A stretch of 64,000 nucleotides of DNA from assembly GCA_018053185.1 (NCBI GenBank), contig JAGPLX010000009.1, forward strand, positions 266-64,265, written 5' to 3'. Every line of letters begins with the position of its first letter. The stretch's first letter is position 1. The notes under the pieces are model-generated. The model saw only the letters and a list, made by a program, of their open reading frames with translations, searched no databases and had not been told where the DNA came from. The DNA comes from Syntrophobacteraceae bacterium (GTDB lineage Bacteria > Desulfobacterota > Syntrophobacteria > Syntrophobacterales > Syntrophobacteraceae). Below, piece by piece: positions 44,338-53,375 of this stretch. The position numbers and the translations under genes were made by a program.

Positions 44338-44572
44338 GACTCACGCCGAAACAGAAGGCTCATCCCCGGGGTTCGGCATCCGGGGTTACCTTGGCAACCC
44401 TCAGAACGTCGAGGAGCAGGGAGGCTTTTTGTCATCCCTCCTCGACCGATCCGGCCGGAGATATACATCCCGAGGGGCTCCGTGAAGCCGGAAGCGCGAG
44501 AGACGCCGGCGGAACCAAGCATATGCTTGACACTCAGTCCGTTTTTCGCTAATTCTTATGGCACGTCAATGA

Positions 44573-44647
44573 GGCGGCATACCCAAGTGGTAAGGGAGCG
44601 GTCTGCAAAACCGTTATTCACCAGTTCGAGTCTGGTTGCCGCCTCCA
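44573..44647 (+). tRNA. tRNA-Cys (anticodon GCA), CCA encoded
   Basis: Acceptor GGCGGCA/TGCCGCC, anticodon loop CTGCAAA and T-loop GTTCGAGTC. Confidence 0.9.
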
Positions 44648-44662
44648 CGATGAAAAATTCGA

Positions 44663-44692
44663 GGGTCCAGCTCCACGGGGCTGGACCCTTTT
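44663..44692 (+). terminator. Rho-independent terminator after tRNA-Cys
   Basis: A 9-bp stem GGGTCCAGC / GCTGGACCC, an 8-nt loop, then TTTTGGTTTT. Confidence 0.8.
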
Positions 44693-44932
44693 GGTTTTCC
44701 AGACGGTGTTGTTGGGAGATTTTCTGAAGGGTGTCGCACTCATTGACTTTTCCAGCGCTTACGGGGTATTGGGTTTTGTAACTCGGATCGTGTGAGTAAA
44801 AAAACAGGGATGGAGGCTTGGGGTCGAAAGGGCAGCGGGCACGCATCCGCCATCGAGTGACCCTGGGTGGGAACTTCTCGGTCACAGATTGCGCTTTTCC
44901 GTCATCGTTTGCTTGAACGCCTCCAAAGGCAC

Positions 44933-45628
44933 ATGCCAATGAGAAGAACTATTGTACGAATCCTCAAGGCATTTCGCTGGATCCTGTCCCCGCTGGTAAT
45001 TCCAGCGTTTCACATCCTCTGGTACCATGACCGAACCACGTGGAAGAAGAACACTTTTCTGGGGTACCGAGTTCGTCAGTGTCCCCTGGATCTTCATCTC
45101 TACCAGGAACTGATTCATCGGGTGAGACCCCGGTTTGTGCTTCAGACAGGAGTGGACCACGGAGGGTCGGTCCTCTACTTTGCTTCCCTTCTGGATCTCA
45201 TCGGGGCTCCGTCTGATTCTCTGGTAGTGGGAATCGACATTGCTCTGTCTGAAGAGGCCAGGAATCTCGTTCACCCCAGAATTCGGCTCATCGAGGGGAG
45301 TTCCACGGACCCCGAGGTTGTACAGCAGGCAAAAGACCTTCTACCCCCAGGCGGAGGTTTCGTCGTGCTGGACTCCGATCACCGGAAAGAGCACGTGGCC
45401 GCGGAGATGGAATTGTACCAGGATTTCGTGGCAGTTGGTTCCTACCTGGTGGTGGAAGATACCAACCTTAACGGGCACCCTGTTCGTCCTGACTTCGGGC
45501 CCGGCCCTTATGAAGCTGTGCGGGATTTTTTGCGCCGCCATCCTGCATTTATTCGGGATGATGCCTTGTGGAGGAGGAACAAATTTTCCTTTCACCAGCG
45601 AGGTTGGCTCAAGAAGGTGCGCCCCTAA
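44933..45628 (+). CDS. CmcI-family (cephalosporin hydroxylase-like) class I methyltransferase
   Basis: [25 protein letters not shown]...[19 protein letters not shown]...[10 protein letters not shown]...[19 protein letters not shown]...GSYLVVEDT matches the recalled CmcI family layout. Confidence 0.7.
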   Translation: MPMRRTIVRILKAFRWILSPLVIPAFHILWYHDRTTWKKNTFLGYRVRQCPLDLHLYQELIHRVRPRFVLQTGVDHGGSVLYFASLLDLIGAPSDSLVVGIDIALSEEARNLVHPRIRLIEGSSTDPEVVQQAKDLLPPGGGFVVLDSDHRKEHVAAEMELYQDFVAVGSYLVVEDTNLNGHPVRPDFGPGPYEAVRDFLRRHPAFIRDDALWRRNKFSFHQRGWLKKVRP

Positions 45629-46117
45629 ACCAAGCCACCGGCATGGCTGGCAGCCACGTAGGGCGGACTTGAGCTATCGCCTGCCGCGACCAGCCTGGTC
45701 TGTGATTTCTGAAACAGTACAAGGCCTTCCGAACAATAACCGACTTCCGACACAGTAGACACCCCGGCAAGAGACGCCGTGTTCCTCTGGGCAAGTTCCA
45801 GCATCGGTCGAGAGTTCGCTGGACTCCTGTCCCTCCAAGGCCTGCCGGATCGGGCTCAACGCAAGAAGAGAGGGTCTTTTCCTCGAGTTTCAAAAGGAGG
45901 TACGGCCCTTTTCCTGAACTCGAGGTGCAGACATGAGAAACAGGGGGAGCTCACGAAAGACCTGAGCGGAGGTCCTAACTGAAAGTGGATTCCCTCGAGA
46001 CAGAACGAGACCAATTCCTGGCCAAAGCCGGATTCAGATACCTCCGATCGGGTCACCATCAAGAATCTCCGCGTTGATGGACCCCTGGCCTTTCCAATGC
46101 GAGGTGATCATTTTTGA

Positions 46118-46564
46118 TCCCATGGAGTGGGAACGCATCCGTTGAGTCCCCGCTTCAGCCTGGCGGAACTGGTGCAACCATACCAGGTGGACATCGTTTA
46201 GCGTCGCCTGGCCCCCCAGCGGATGTTGCGCCACCTGCGCCACCTTTCCCAGGACTGGTTCCGGCTGTGGGAACAATCCCCCAAGCATCTGACCGGTATA
46301 CTCGAAAAACTCCGATCAGCCCGATTCGACATCAAGATCGAACACCGACGCCTTGATGCGGTCATGAATCGCCTGGTGAACGCCATCCTGGCCGCAGCTC
46401 TTTTCCTGGGGTCCACGGAACTTCTCGGAAACGAGATTCCTCCCCTTGCCTTCGGGGTGTCCGTGCCGGGAATGATTGGTTGCGTGTTGGCGCTGGTTCT
46501 AGGACTGAGGAGCCTCTTGGCAGTACTCAGATCCGCGGCAACTGGATCCGGAGACTCGCAATGA
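46118..46564 (+). pseudogene. Probable remnant of the C-terminal end of an ABC1/UbiB-family kinase gene
   Basis: Only about 115-150 codons remain. They resemble the UbiB C-terminus (LEKLRSARFDIKIEHRRLDAVMNRLVNAILAAALFLGSTELL plus a second helix). An in-frame TAG at 46199-46201 and a TGA at 46115-46117 interrupt the upstream continuation. No kinase core is present. Confidence 0.35.
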
Positions 46565-46834
46565 GGAAAGTTGAAGGTATTCGAGATCCTTGCCCGTTTT
46601 CATGAACCGGCTGCCGATCCACCACTTGGGGCAGAAGCAGAGAGGGGCCCCCGGCTTTGGTTTTTCGGTGGGAAGGTCTTCAATCCCCATTCCCCCAAAG
46701 GCAGATCTTGCCTACAGGTGGATGTGGCCTTCCGCAACCATCCTCCGGCCCGAAGTCTTGTCCCCTCGGATCACCTCCGGGCTTGTTCCTGGACCAACGG
46801 TCACCGGCCAGGTACCGTCGCGTGGAGAGTTGCC

Positions 46835-48835
46835 TCAACGTTTCGCTACGGAGACTTGCTGCAGGGAAAGCTGCTCCTCGAGGGTTGAGAGATCACCCAC
46901 GTCCTGTCCGAGGGCCTTGGCCTTGAGGAGCCGCCTCAGGATCTTTCCGGATCGGGTCTTGGGGAGGGAACTCACAAACTGGATTCGCTCCGGTCTGGCA
47001 ATGGGTCCCATTTCTGCCGCCACATGAGCCTTCAGCTCATCTTCCAGCTCCTCGGAAGCCTCGAATCCTTCGCTCAGAGTGACGTAACAGTGGATGGCAC
47101 TGCCCTTGAGCTCGTGCGGCAACCCGATGGCGGCCGCTTCGGCAACGGCCCGGTGAGAAACGAGAGCGCTCTCGATTTCCGCCGTACCCAGCCGGTATCC
47201 CGAGACCTTGATGACATCGTCCACTCGCCCGATGATCCAGAAGTACCCGTCGGGATCCTTCCTCGCTGCGTCTCCGGTGAAGTAGACGTCGGCGTTCTCC
47301 CCTTTCCAGTATTGTTGTCTGATGCGATCCGGATCGTTTAGGATGGTGCGCATCATGGACGGCCATGGTTTTCGGATTACCAGGAACCCATCCTCGTTGG
47401 GGGAGTTGCTGTTGTTTCGCTCGTCCACTACGTCCGCCACCACTCCTAAAACGGTGCGGGTGCCCGAACCAGGTTTTAGAGGGGTTGTGGGGTCCGGAGC
47501 GATCATAAACGATCCCGTTTCCGTCTGCCACCAGGTATCCATGATGGGACAGCGCTCCTTTCCGATCACCCTGTAAAACCAACGCCACGCCTCGGGATTG
47601 ATGGGTTCCCCCACGGATCCCAGCAGGCGGAGTGTGGATAAATCATAACGGCCGGGCCACGCATCTCCGAATCGCATCAAGCCGCGAATGGCCGTGGGCG
47701 CCGTGTAGAGAATGTTGATTCCATAGCGCTCGACACATTGCCACCAGCGATTGGGGTATGGAAAATTGGGCGCGCCTTCGTACATGAACGAGGTGGCCCC
47801 TTCCATGAAGGGTGCATAGGCGACGTAAGAATGCCCGGTGATCCACCCCGGATCCGCCGTACACCAGTAACGATCCTCCTCCTTGAGGTCGAACGTCATG
47901 TGGAAGGTGGCGGAGATTCCCACCATGTAACCTCCGTGTACATGGACCACCCCTTTGGGCTTGCCGGTACTCCCCGAAGTGTAGAGGATGAAGACGGGAT
48001 CCCCGGCATCCATGGGAACGGTCTCGCACCTGATCGAGGCGATGGGGAGGTTCATGAGGTCATGGAGCCAGTAGTCGCGCCCAGCCTGCATGTCCACCCC
48101 TTGCCCCGTGCGCTGCAGCACGATGCACGCCTGAATGGAGGGACTGTGAGCCAAGGCTTCATCGGCAATCCGTTTCAGACCCACGATCTTGCCGCGCATG
48201 AAGCCGCCGTCCGCAGTGATGAGCACCTTGGACTGGGCGTCTCCGATCCTCTCGCGAACGGCTTCCACGGAAAAACCCCCGTAGATCACGCTGTGAACGG
48301 CTCCGATCTTGGCACAGGCAAGCATGGCGAAGACCAACTCCGGAACTCGGGGCATATAGATGGATACGATGTCCCCCTTGACAACTCCCATGCCTTTCAA
48401 CACGTTGGCCAGCTTGGAAACCTCGCGGTTGACGGCCAGATAGGAATATGTCCTGTGACTTCCGTCCTCGCCCTCCCAGATGAGAGCCTGTTTGTTGCGG
48501 CGCCAGGTTCTCAGATGTCGGTCGATGGCATTGTGTACGATATTGCACCTGGCACCCGAGAACCACTTGTAAAAGGGCTTTGCAGAATCATCCAAAACCT
48601 TTTCCCAGGGTTCGTACCACTCGAGCCGATGCGCCATCTCAGCCCAGTATTCCTCGAAATGCTCGCAACTCCAGCGGTGAAGCTCTTCCCAGGTTTCGAA
48701 TCCCTTTTCCCTCATGTAGCGGGTGATGTTGGCGTTTTCCACAATGTCGGGACGCGGATAGTAGATTTCTTCCCCTTCGATGGCTCCTTCTCTCAAGATG
48801 CTGCCGTCGCGATCTTCCGTCATTTTCCCCTCCAT
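46835..48835 (-). CDS. acs: Acetate--CoA ligase (AMP-forming acetyl-CoA synthetase)
   Basis: YWAEMA...WYEPW, the AMP-binding motif ILYTSGSTGKPKGV, WWQTETG, YFTGDAARKDPDGYFWIIGRVDDVIKVSGYRLGTAEIESAL and LPKTRSGKILRR. Confidence 0.93.
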   Translation of the reverse strand: MEGKMTEDRDGSILREGAIEGEEIYYPRPDIVENANITRYMREKGFETWEELHRWSCEHFEEYWAEMAHRLEWYEPWEKVLDDSAKPFYKWFSGARCNIVHNAIDRHLRTWRRNKQALIWEGEDGSHRTYSYLAVNREVSKLANVLKGMGVVKGDIVSIYMPRVPELVFAMLACAKIGAVHSVIYGGFSVEAVRERIGDAQSKVLITADGGFMRGKIVGLKRIADEALAHSPSIQACIVLQRTGQGVDMQAGRDYWLHDLMNLPIASIRCETVPMDAGDPVFILYTSGSTGKPKGVVHVHGGYMVGISATFHMTFDLKEEDRYWCTADPGWITGHSYVAYAPFMEGATSFMYEGAPNFPYPNRWWQCVERYGINILYTAPTAIRGLMRFGDAWPGRYDLSTLRLLGSVGEPINPEAWRWFYRVIGKERCPIMDTWWQTETGSFMIAPDPTTPLKPGSGTRTVLGVVADVVDERNNSNSPNEDGFLVIRKPWPSMMRTILNDPDRIRQQYWKGENADVYFTGDAARKDPDGYFWIIGRVDDVIKVSGYRLGTAEIESALVSHRAVAEAAAIGLPHELKGSAIHCYVTLSEGFEASEELEDELKAHVAAEMGPIARPERIQFVSSLPKTRSGKILRRLLKAKALGQDVGDLSTLEEQLSLQQVSVAKR

Positions 48836-49402
48836 AGGAAACTGTTGATGGGTCCGAACGATCCGGGTGTGCTGGAAACCTGAATCTCAAGGGAGAACTT
48901 GAATACTTGCGCGAAAACCATAGCGATGGGTGAACCTCTTGGAAGCCGAATTCAACCTAGGCCCATGGGCGCTCCGACTCCGGAATCCCACCACCTTCCG
49001 TTGGGGTGGAAGAGCAGGAATCCTTGGCTGCCCTTGGAAGAACCCAATGGGAAACCTTTGCGCCGCTCCCCTCGCCCCTCAGGGAGTGGATGGGGAGAGG
49101 AGATTGTCGAGCAGACTCTTCCGGGATGGGTCTTACCGGTAAAAAAATAGTATCCGGCCTGTTCCCGCTCTCAACGGTGTTGTCCGGAATGCGGTGAGGC
49201 TTTTTCCCCACTCGTCAAACTGTGCCGTCTATTGCAAATCCTCGATGGATGGGAAGCGCTCATGTCGGGTCTCGGTAAGGTCAGGAAAATATTAGAATAG
49301 TCCTGCTCTGTCAAGAACCATCTCGTGTTTTTCCAAGATCTTATCCCGAACCCGTGTTCCGAAACCTTCGGGAGAATGAGAATCACCCCGTTCTTCCGCG
49401 TG

Positions 49403-50473
49403 TCAATCGGTGGAGGACAGCTCGCCTTCAATGGCCTCTTTCTTGGTTGGGATCAGGATCGGGTCCCTTTGGAGAAGCAGCTTCAAGCCCTCCCGATACC
49501 ATTTTCGGCCGAGCCGGGTTTGCAGTCTTTGAGTGTCAAGGTCTTTGGGAAGCCGATCTCGAGCCATTCGGGACAATACATGGAGCTTGATTTCGTTTTC
49601 GATCTCCCCATGCCCGGAAATGAAATCCACCAAGGCGGCCCACTCAGCAGAGGAAGGCCCTCCCCACCGGCGCGTGAGGGCAAAAAGCCGGTAGCAAACC
49701 AGGGTTGAATCCCGATCCTCCTCCTTCTGAAATGTCCGGCCGCTGTATACTCTCATGGCCTCCCTCCCCACCTGGCTGATATAAGCCAGATGGAACCAGC
49801 GCAAGGTAAAGAAGTAGCCCTCCCGGCTCAGTTCTTTTCCGGCCCAGTAGAGGGGATTTCCCAGGTTCTTGATGTGGACCGCCCACCGGGCCAGGCGGTA
49901 GAGAAACGGATTGCGCCTCGCCACCCGCAGGATGGGATGGTCATTGATTTTCCGATAGACCTGATAATAGCGTTGATAGTCACTGATCTTGCGACTTCCT
50001 AAAAAGCGGAAGGGAGTGATATCGGCAAGGCGGGAGACCCGGACGGCCACCCTGCGCATCAACCGGAGCAGTTCCACCAGCGAGGCCTCATACTCGGGGC
50101 TCCCACTCCCCCGATGATAGACTCGCGCAACGGACTGAACGATGCGGGCGCCCAGGACGGTCAGGGCTTCGACACTGAGCTGCAAGCGCCCATCGGGCCA
50201 TTCCCAAACCTCCCTGCGGAAACCCCGGATGACCTCCATTGCCTCCCGATCCTTTTCTCCCGGAGGAGTGAGCAAATCCAGCTCATGTTCTTCGCCCCAG
50301 GACTCCTCGAGGGACTTCTTCCACCGCCTCTTCAACCACCACTTGGCGGTCAGCAGGACCCCCATGGTCGCCAGGGTCCCCGTCAGGAACGCGACGCTTA
50401 CCCAATGTTCCTGGAGGAATCGATCGAGGATCTCTTTTCCCAGCCCTGGTTCCATGATTGAATGCTGGCTCAC
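49403..50473 (-). CDS. Hypothetical membrane-anchored protein
   Basis: There is one N-terminal TM helix (WVSVAFLTGTLATMGVLLTAKWWL). It is followed by a ~300-aa Arg/Tyr/Trp-rich soluble part. The gene is co-oriented with and downstream of the RdgC-like gene. No family was recognised. Confidence 0.5.
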   Translation of the reverse strand: MSQHSIMEPGLGKEILDRFLQEHWVSVAFLTGTLATMGVLLTAKWWLKRRWKKSLEESWGEEHELDLLTPPGEKDREAMEVIRGFRREVWEWPDGRLQLSVEALTVLGARIVQSVARVYHRGSGSPEYEASLVELLRLMRRVAVRVSRLADITPFRFLGSRKISDYQRYYQVYRKINDHPILRVARRNPFLYRLARWAVHIKNLGNPLYWAGKELSREGYFFTLRWFHLAYISQVGREAMRVYSGRTFQKEEDRDSTLVCYRLFALTRRWGGPSSAEWAALVDFISGHGEIENEIKLHVLSRMARDRLPKDLDTQRLQTRLGRKWYREGLKLLLQRDPILIPTKKEAIEGELSSTD

Positions 50474-50544
50474 TCAATGCATTGCACGGCATCGGCGCGA
50501 GATACGGATCGGGAATCGTACCTCTGCCGTGGAATCCGTTCCTC

Positions 50545-51708
50545 TCAAAAGGGCGCAAGCCGGTCGGATGGAGTGTCGGCCTTTTCGTCGAGCCCTTCCC
50601 CCCTCTCGATCCATTCCCGCATGAGCTTCAAGGTCCCAGTTTCCCAGGAAGAATCCAGCCTCTCCTGCAGGAATTTCGCATAGAGTACATTCAAAGTGGA
50701 GAAAACCTCCTCCAAAAAGAACATCTTTTCCAGGAACCGTCCATCCACATCTTCCTCATGGTAGGCTGGAAGTTGCCTGGGAGTCTTCAATCCCTTGATG
50801 CTCCACAGGGTGTTGTCCAATGTGAAGAGGTACTCATTGTCCCCCACCCGCAAAAAGACCTGGAGTTGTTCCACCTGCTTGCCCAGGCGCAGTGCGGTGC
50901 GGGCCTCGTGCAGGGCGTTGGCCTGGGTAGTGCAGGTGACTCGCTCTTTCCCATCCCTGGGTAAAGAAAGGACGATTTTCTCTCCCAGGTGCACCTCTGC
51001 CTTCCGGTCCGGTGACAGGGACAGAAGCTCGTGGGGTTGCTCGATGAAAAACCACAGCCACGTAAGGAATTCACTACCCAGAAACCGACCTTCCTCGAGA
51101 GCCTGAACACCCCCGGAAACCAGGGAGTTCAAGAAATCTTTCCGGCGCCCGTCCAGGGGGATCAGGTGGGAGGCCCAGTTCACATGAAAAAGCGGGAGTG
51201 GGTAAAGGCGAAAGTGTTTTTCGAAATGCTCCATGAAGGTCTCAAGGAGCTTCGAGCTGGTCGTCCCCAGGAGCATCCACTGGGCCGACGGGTTCCAAAC
51301 CACGTCGAAGCCGCCTGGTTTGGGGAATGCCCTGCTCAGGAGAGCGACCTGCACGTTCTCCTGCATCTCTTGCTTCTGCTGCCGTGACGGCCACTTGCCG
51401 CCCGTTTCTTCCCGATACTTCTGGATTGCTTCTCTCATATGCTGCTTGAGAACCAAAGGGGGAACCTTTTTCTGGTCCACGCGAAAATGAAAGGCGATGT
51501 ACTCTCCCTTGTGATAGCTCCCGGACTCGAAGGAATCGTCGAAAAAATCGTCCCAGGAGGTGAACCCCGCAGACCACTCGTTCTCCTCCCGGCACTCATG
51601 AAAACGACCGGAGTTCAGCTTCTCTTCGACATAACTCCAGAAATCCTCCGCCGGAGGACTGGGCAAGTAATAACGAACAAAAGTTGCAGAGGAAGATTGT
51701 ATGGACAT
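50545..51708 (-). CDS. RdgC-like recombination-associated protein (long form)
   Basis: From ATG 51708: SATFVRYYL..., SAGFTSWDD, FHFRVDQKKVPPLVLKQHMREAI, ...LLSRAFPKPGGFDVVW, and FLTWLWFFIE in the second half. This follows the recalled PF04381 pattern. The length of about 387 aa exceeds the ~300 aa of E. coli RdgC. Confidence 0.55.
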   Translation of the reverse strand: MSIQSSSATFVRYYLPSPPAEDFWSYVEEKLNSGRFHECREENEWSAGFTSWDDFFDDSFESGSYHKGEYIAFHFRVDQKKVPPLVLKQHMREAIQKYREETGGKWPSRQQKQEMQENVQVALLSRAFPKPGGFDVVWNPSAQWMLLGTTSSKLLETFMEHFEKHFRLYPLPLFHVNWASHLIPLDGRRKDFLNSLVSGGVQALEEGRFLGSEFLTWLWFFIEQPHELLSLSPDRKAEVHLGEKIVLSLPRDGKERVTCTTQANALHEARTALRLGKQVEQLQVFLRVGDNEYLFTLDNTLWSIKGLKTPRQLPAYHEEDVDGRFLEKMFFLEEVFSTLNVLYAKFLQERLDSSWETGTLKLMREWIERGEGLDEKADTPSDRLAPF

Positions 51709-51892
51709 GGACGGATATCCTGTGTGGGTGTTTGCCGGGCCAAGCTTGTTCATGGGAAAAAACAGCAGAGCCGGCCAAAACCGGCTCTGAACCTTGCGAT
51801 GGTCAAAAGAGACCCTGTCCACTCTCCAACGGCACAGAGGTCTTTTCCGTGAGAATCAGCGGACCCGGACAAAAACTCGGTCGATGAGCAAC

Positions 51893-52348
51893 TCAGAATT
51901 TGACTGTCTTGACAATCGTTTCGTATTCCTGGATCTCCTCTTGACTCAACTCGCGGCGCAACAGCTTCCGGTTCACCAGAATCGGGACTCTCTCGTGGAG
52001 TGCCAGGGCAACGGCATCGCTGGGCCGGCTGTCGAAGATCGCCTCTTGTCCCTGGATACGGGCATACACCTTGGCAAAATACGTATTTTCCTGCATGGAA
52101 AAGATTTCGACGCGATCGAATACCACACCGGCTCTGTGTAAAATCTCCAAGTAAAGATCGTGAGTCAGGGGTCTTTTGGGTTCCACCAAGCCTTTTTCCT
52201 TGGCGATGGCCGTGATTTCCGCATCTCCCACAAACATCATGAAGTATTGGTTGGAATCCTCGGATTCCTTGAGAATGACCATGTTTCCCTGGATACGGTC
52301 GCTCTTGATGAATACTTCTTTCACTGCGATAAAATTGCCTGCCTCCAT
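51893..52348 (-). CDS. Bifunctional nuclease family protein (DUF151/BFN)
   Basis: MMFVGDAEITAIA...KRPLTHDL...YFAKV...DSRPSDAVALALHERVPILV is the PF02577 signature. Start is ATG 52348. Confidence 0.75.
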   Translation of the reverse strand: MEAGNFIAVKEVFIKSDRIQGNMVILKESEDSNQYFMMFVGDAEITAIAKEKGLVEPKRPLTHDLYLEILHRAGVVFDRVEIFSMQENTYFAKVYARIQGQEAIFDSRPSDAVALALHERVPILVNRKLLRRELSQEEIQEYETIVKTVKF

Positions 52349-52584
52349 GGTTTCCTCCTGGCCCGTCACGGTTGATGAAACTATATACTATGTAGCGAAA
52401 GTCGTTTGCAAGGAGTCTTCGTGAAAGCTTTTACGGCATGGTGGGCGGAACGAGGGTTCGGAGCGCCCACGGGCCGGCTTGACAATAGCTCAAGGAGTCT
52501 TTATACCTCCTATGAACTTCCAAGGCGGATTCAAGTGAGTTTATGAATCGATACCAAATCACCTATCAATCAGAGGTACATCTC

Positions 52585-52965
52585 ATGAAGATCTGTTTTC
52601 CCACAGAAACGCTGCAGGGGCTTCAAAGTATGGTCTATGGGCATTTCGGTTCGGCTCCCGGTTTTGTCATCGTGGACACCAACTCCATGGCATTCGAAGA
52701 GATTGCCAACGCCGACCTCCATCACGCTCACGGCATGTGTCAACCTCTACGGGCCCTCCAGGGAAGGAAAGTGGACGGGGTCGTGGCGGGCGGGATCGGA
52801 ATGGGGGCCCTGATGAAATTGAACGCCCACGGAGTCACCGTTTTCCGTGCTCTAGAAGGAACCGTCCAGGAAAACCTGGACCTCATCCTTGCGGGAAAGC
52901 TGCCTACCTTCACTTCGGAGCACACCTGTGCGGGGCATGCGGGTGGACGAGGATGCGCCCACTAG
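52585..52965 (+). CDS. NifB/NifX-family (dinitrogenase Fe-Mo cofactor biosynthesis domain) protein
   Basis: MKICFPT...VYGHFGSAPGFVIVDT...VDGVVAGGIGMGALMKLNAHGVTVF is typical of PF02579 stand-alone proteins. The tail is Cys/His-rich (HTCAGHAGGRGCAH). Confidence 0.7.
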   Translation: MKICFPTETLQGLQSMVYGHFGSAPGFVIVDTNSMAFEEIANADLHHAHGMCQPLRALQGRKVDGVVAGGIGMGALMKLNAHGVTVFRALEGTVQENLDLILAGKLPTFTSEHTCAGHAGGRGCAH

Positions 52966-53098
52966 CCACGACGAGTCGTTGAAATCCCACCCTTGCCCCG
53001 GGGGATTTCCATGCAAGAGCCGACCGGCCGTTCCGAGCGGGCCGTACACCGCCCGAGGGAATTTCCCGGACGGTCTAGCGTTCCTAAAAGGAGAGCAT

Positions 53099-53350
53099 AT
53101 GCCCATCTACGAATATTTATGTCTGGATTGTTCGCACACCTGCGAGCAACTGGTCCTCGGTCGCGAGGAAAACACCAGGTGCCCCTCCTGCAACAGCACA
53201 CGCCTTCGGAGACTCCTGTCGGCCTCTTCCCCGGCATCCGGCCTCAAGGGAGAAAGAAGGCTTCCCGCGGCCACAGATACCGCCTGCTGTGGTTCACGGC
53301 CGGGGGCCGCCGGGTGCATCCCGGGATCCTGCTGCGGAAAAGCAGGGTAG
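53099..53350 (+). CDS. FmdB-family zinc-ribbon protein (CxxC_CxxC_SSSS)
   Basis: MPIYEYLCLDCSHTCEQLV....RCPSCNST.LRRLLSA is the TIGR02605 signature. The ATG follows AAAGGAGAG. The C-terminal tail is Cys-rich (ACCGSRPGAAGCIPGSCCG). Confidence 0.7.
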   Translation: MPIYEYLCLDCSHTCEQLVLGREENTRCPSCNSTRLRRLLSASSPASGLKGERRLPAATDTACCGSRPGAAGCIPGSCCGKAG

Positions 53351-53375
53351 AAAGAAGGGGGTTTCCCAGCAGCCG

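Noticed and set aside
47738-48883. A 381-aa plus-strand ORF.
   Set aside because: It is antisense to acs.
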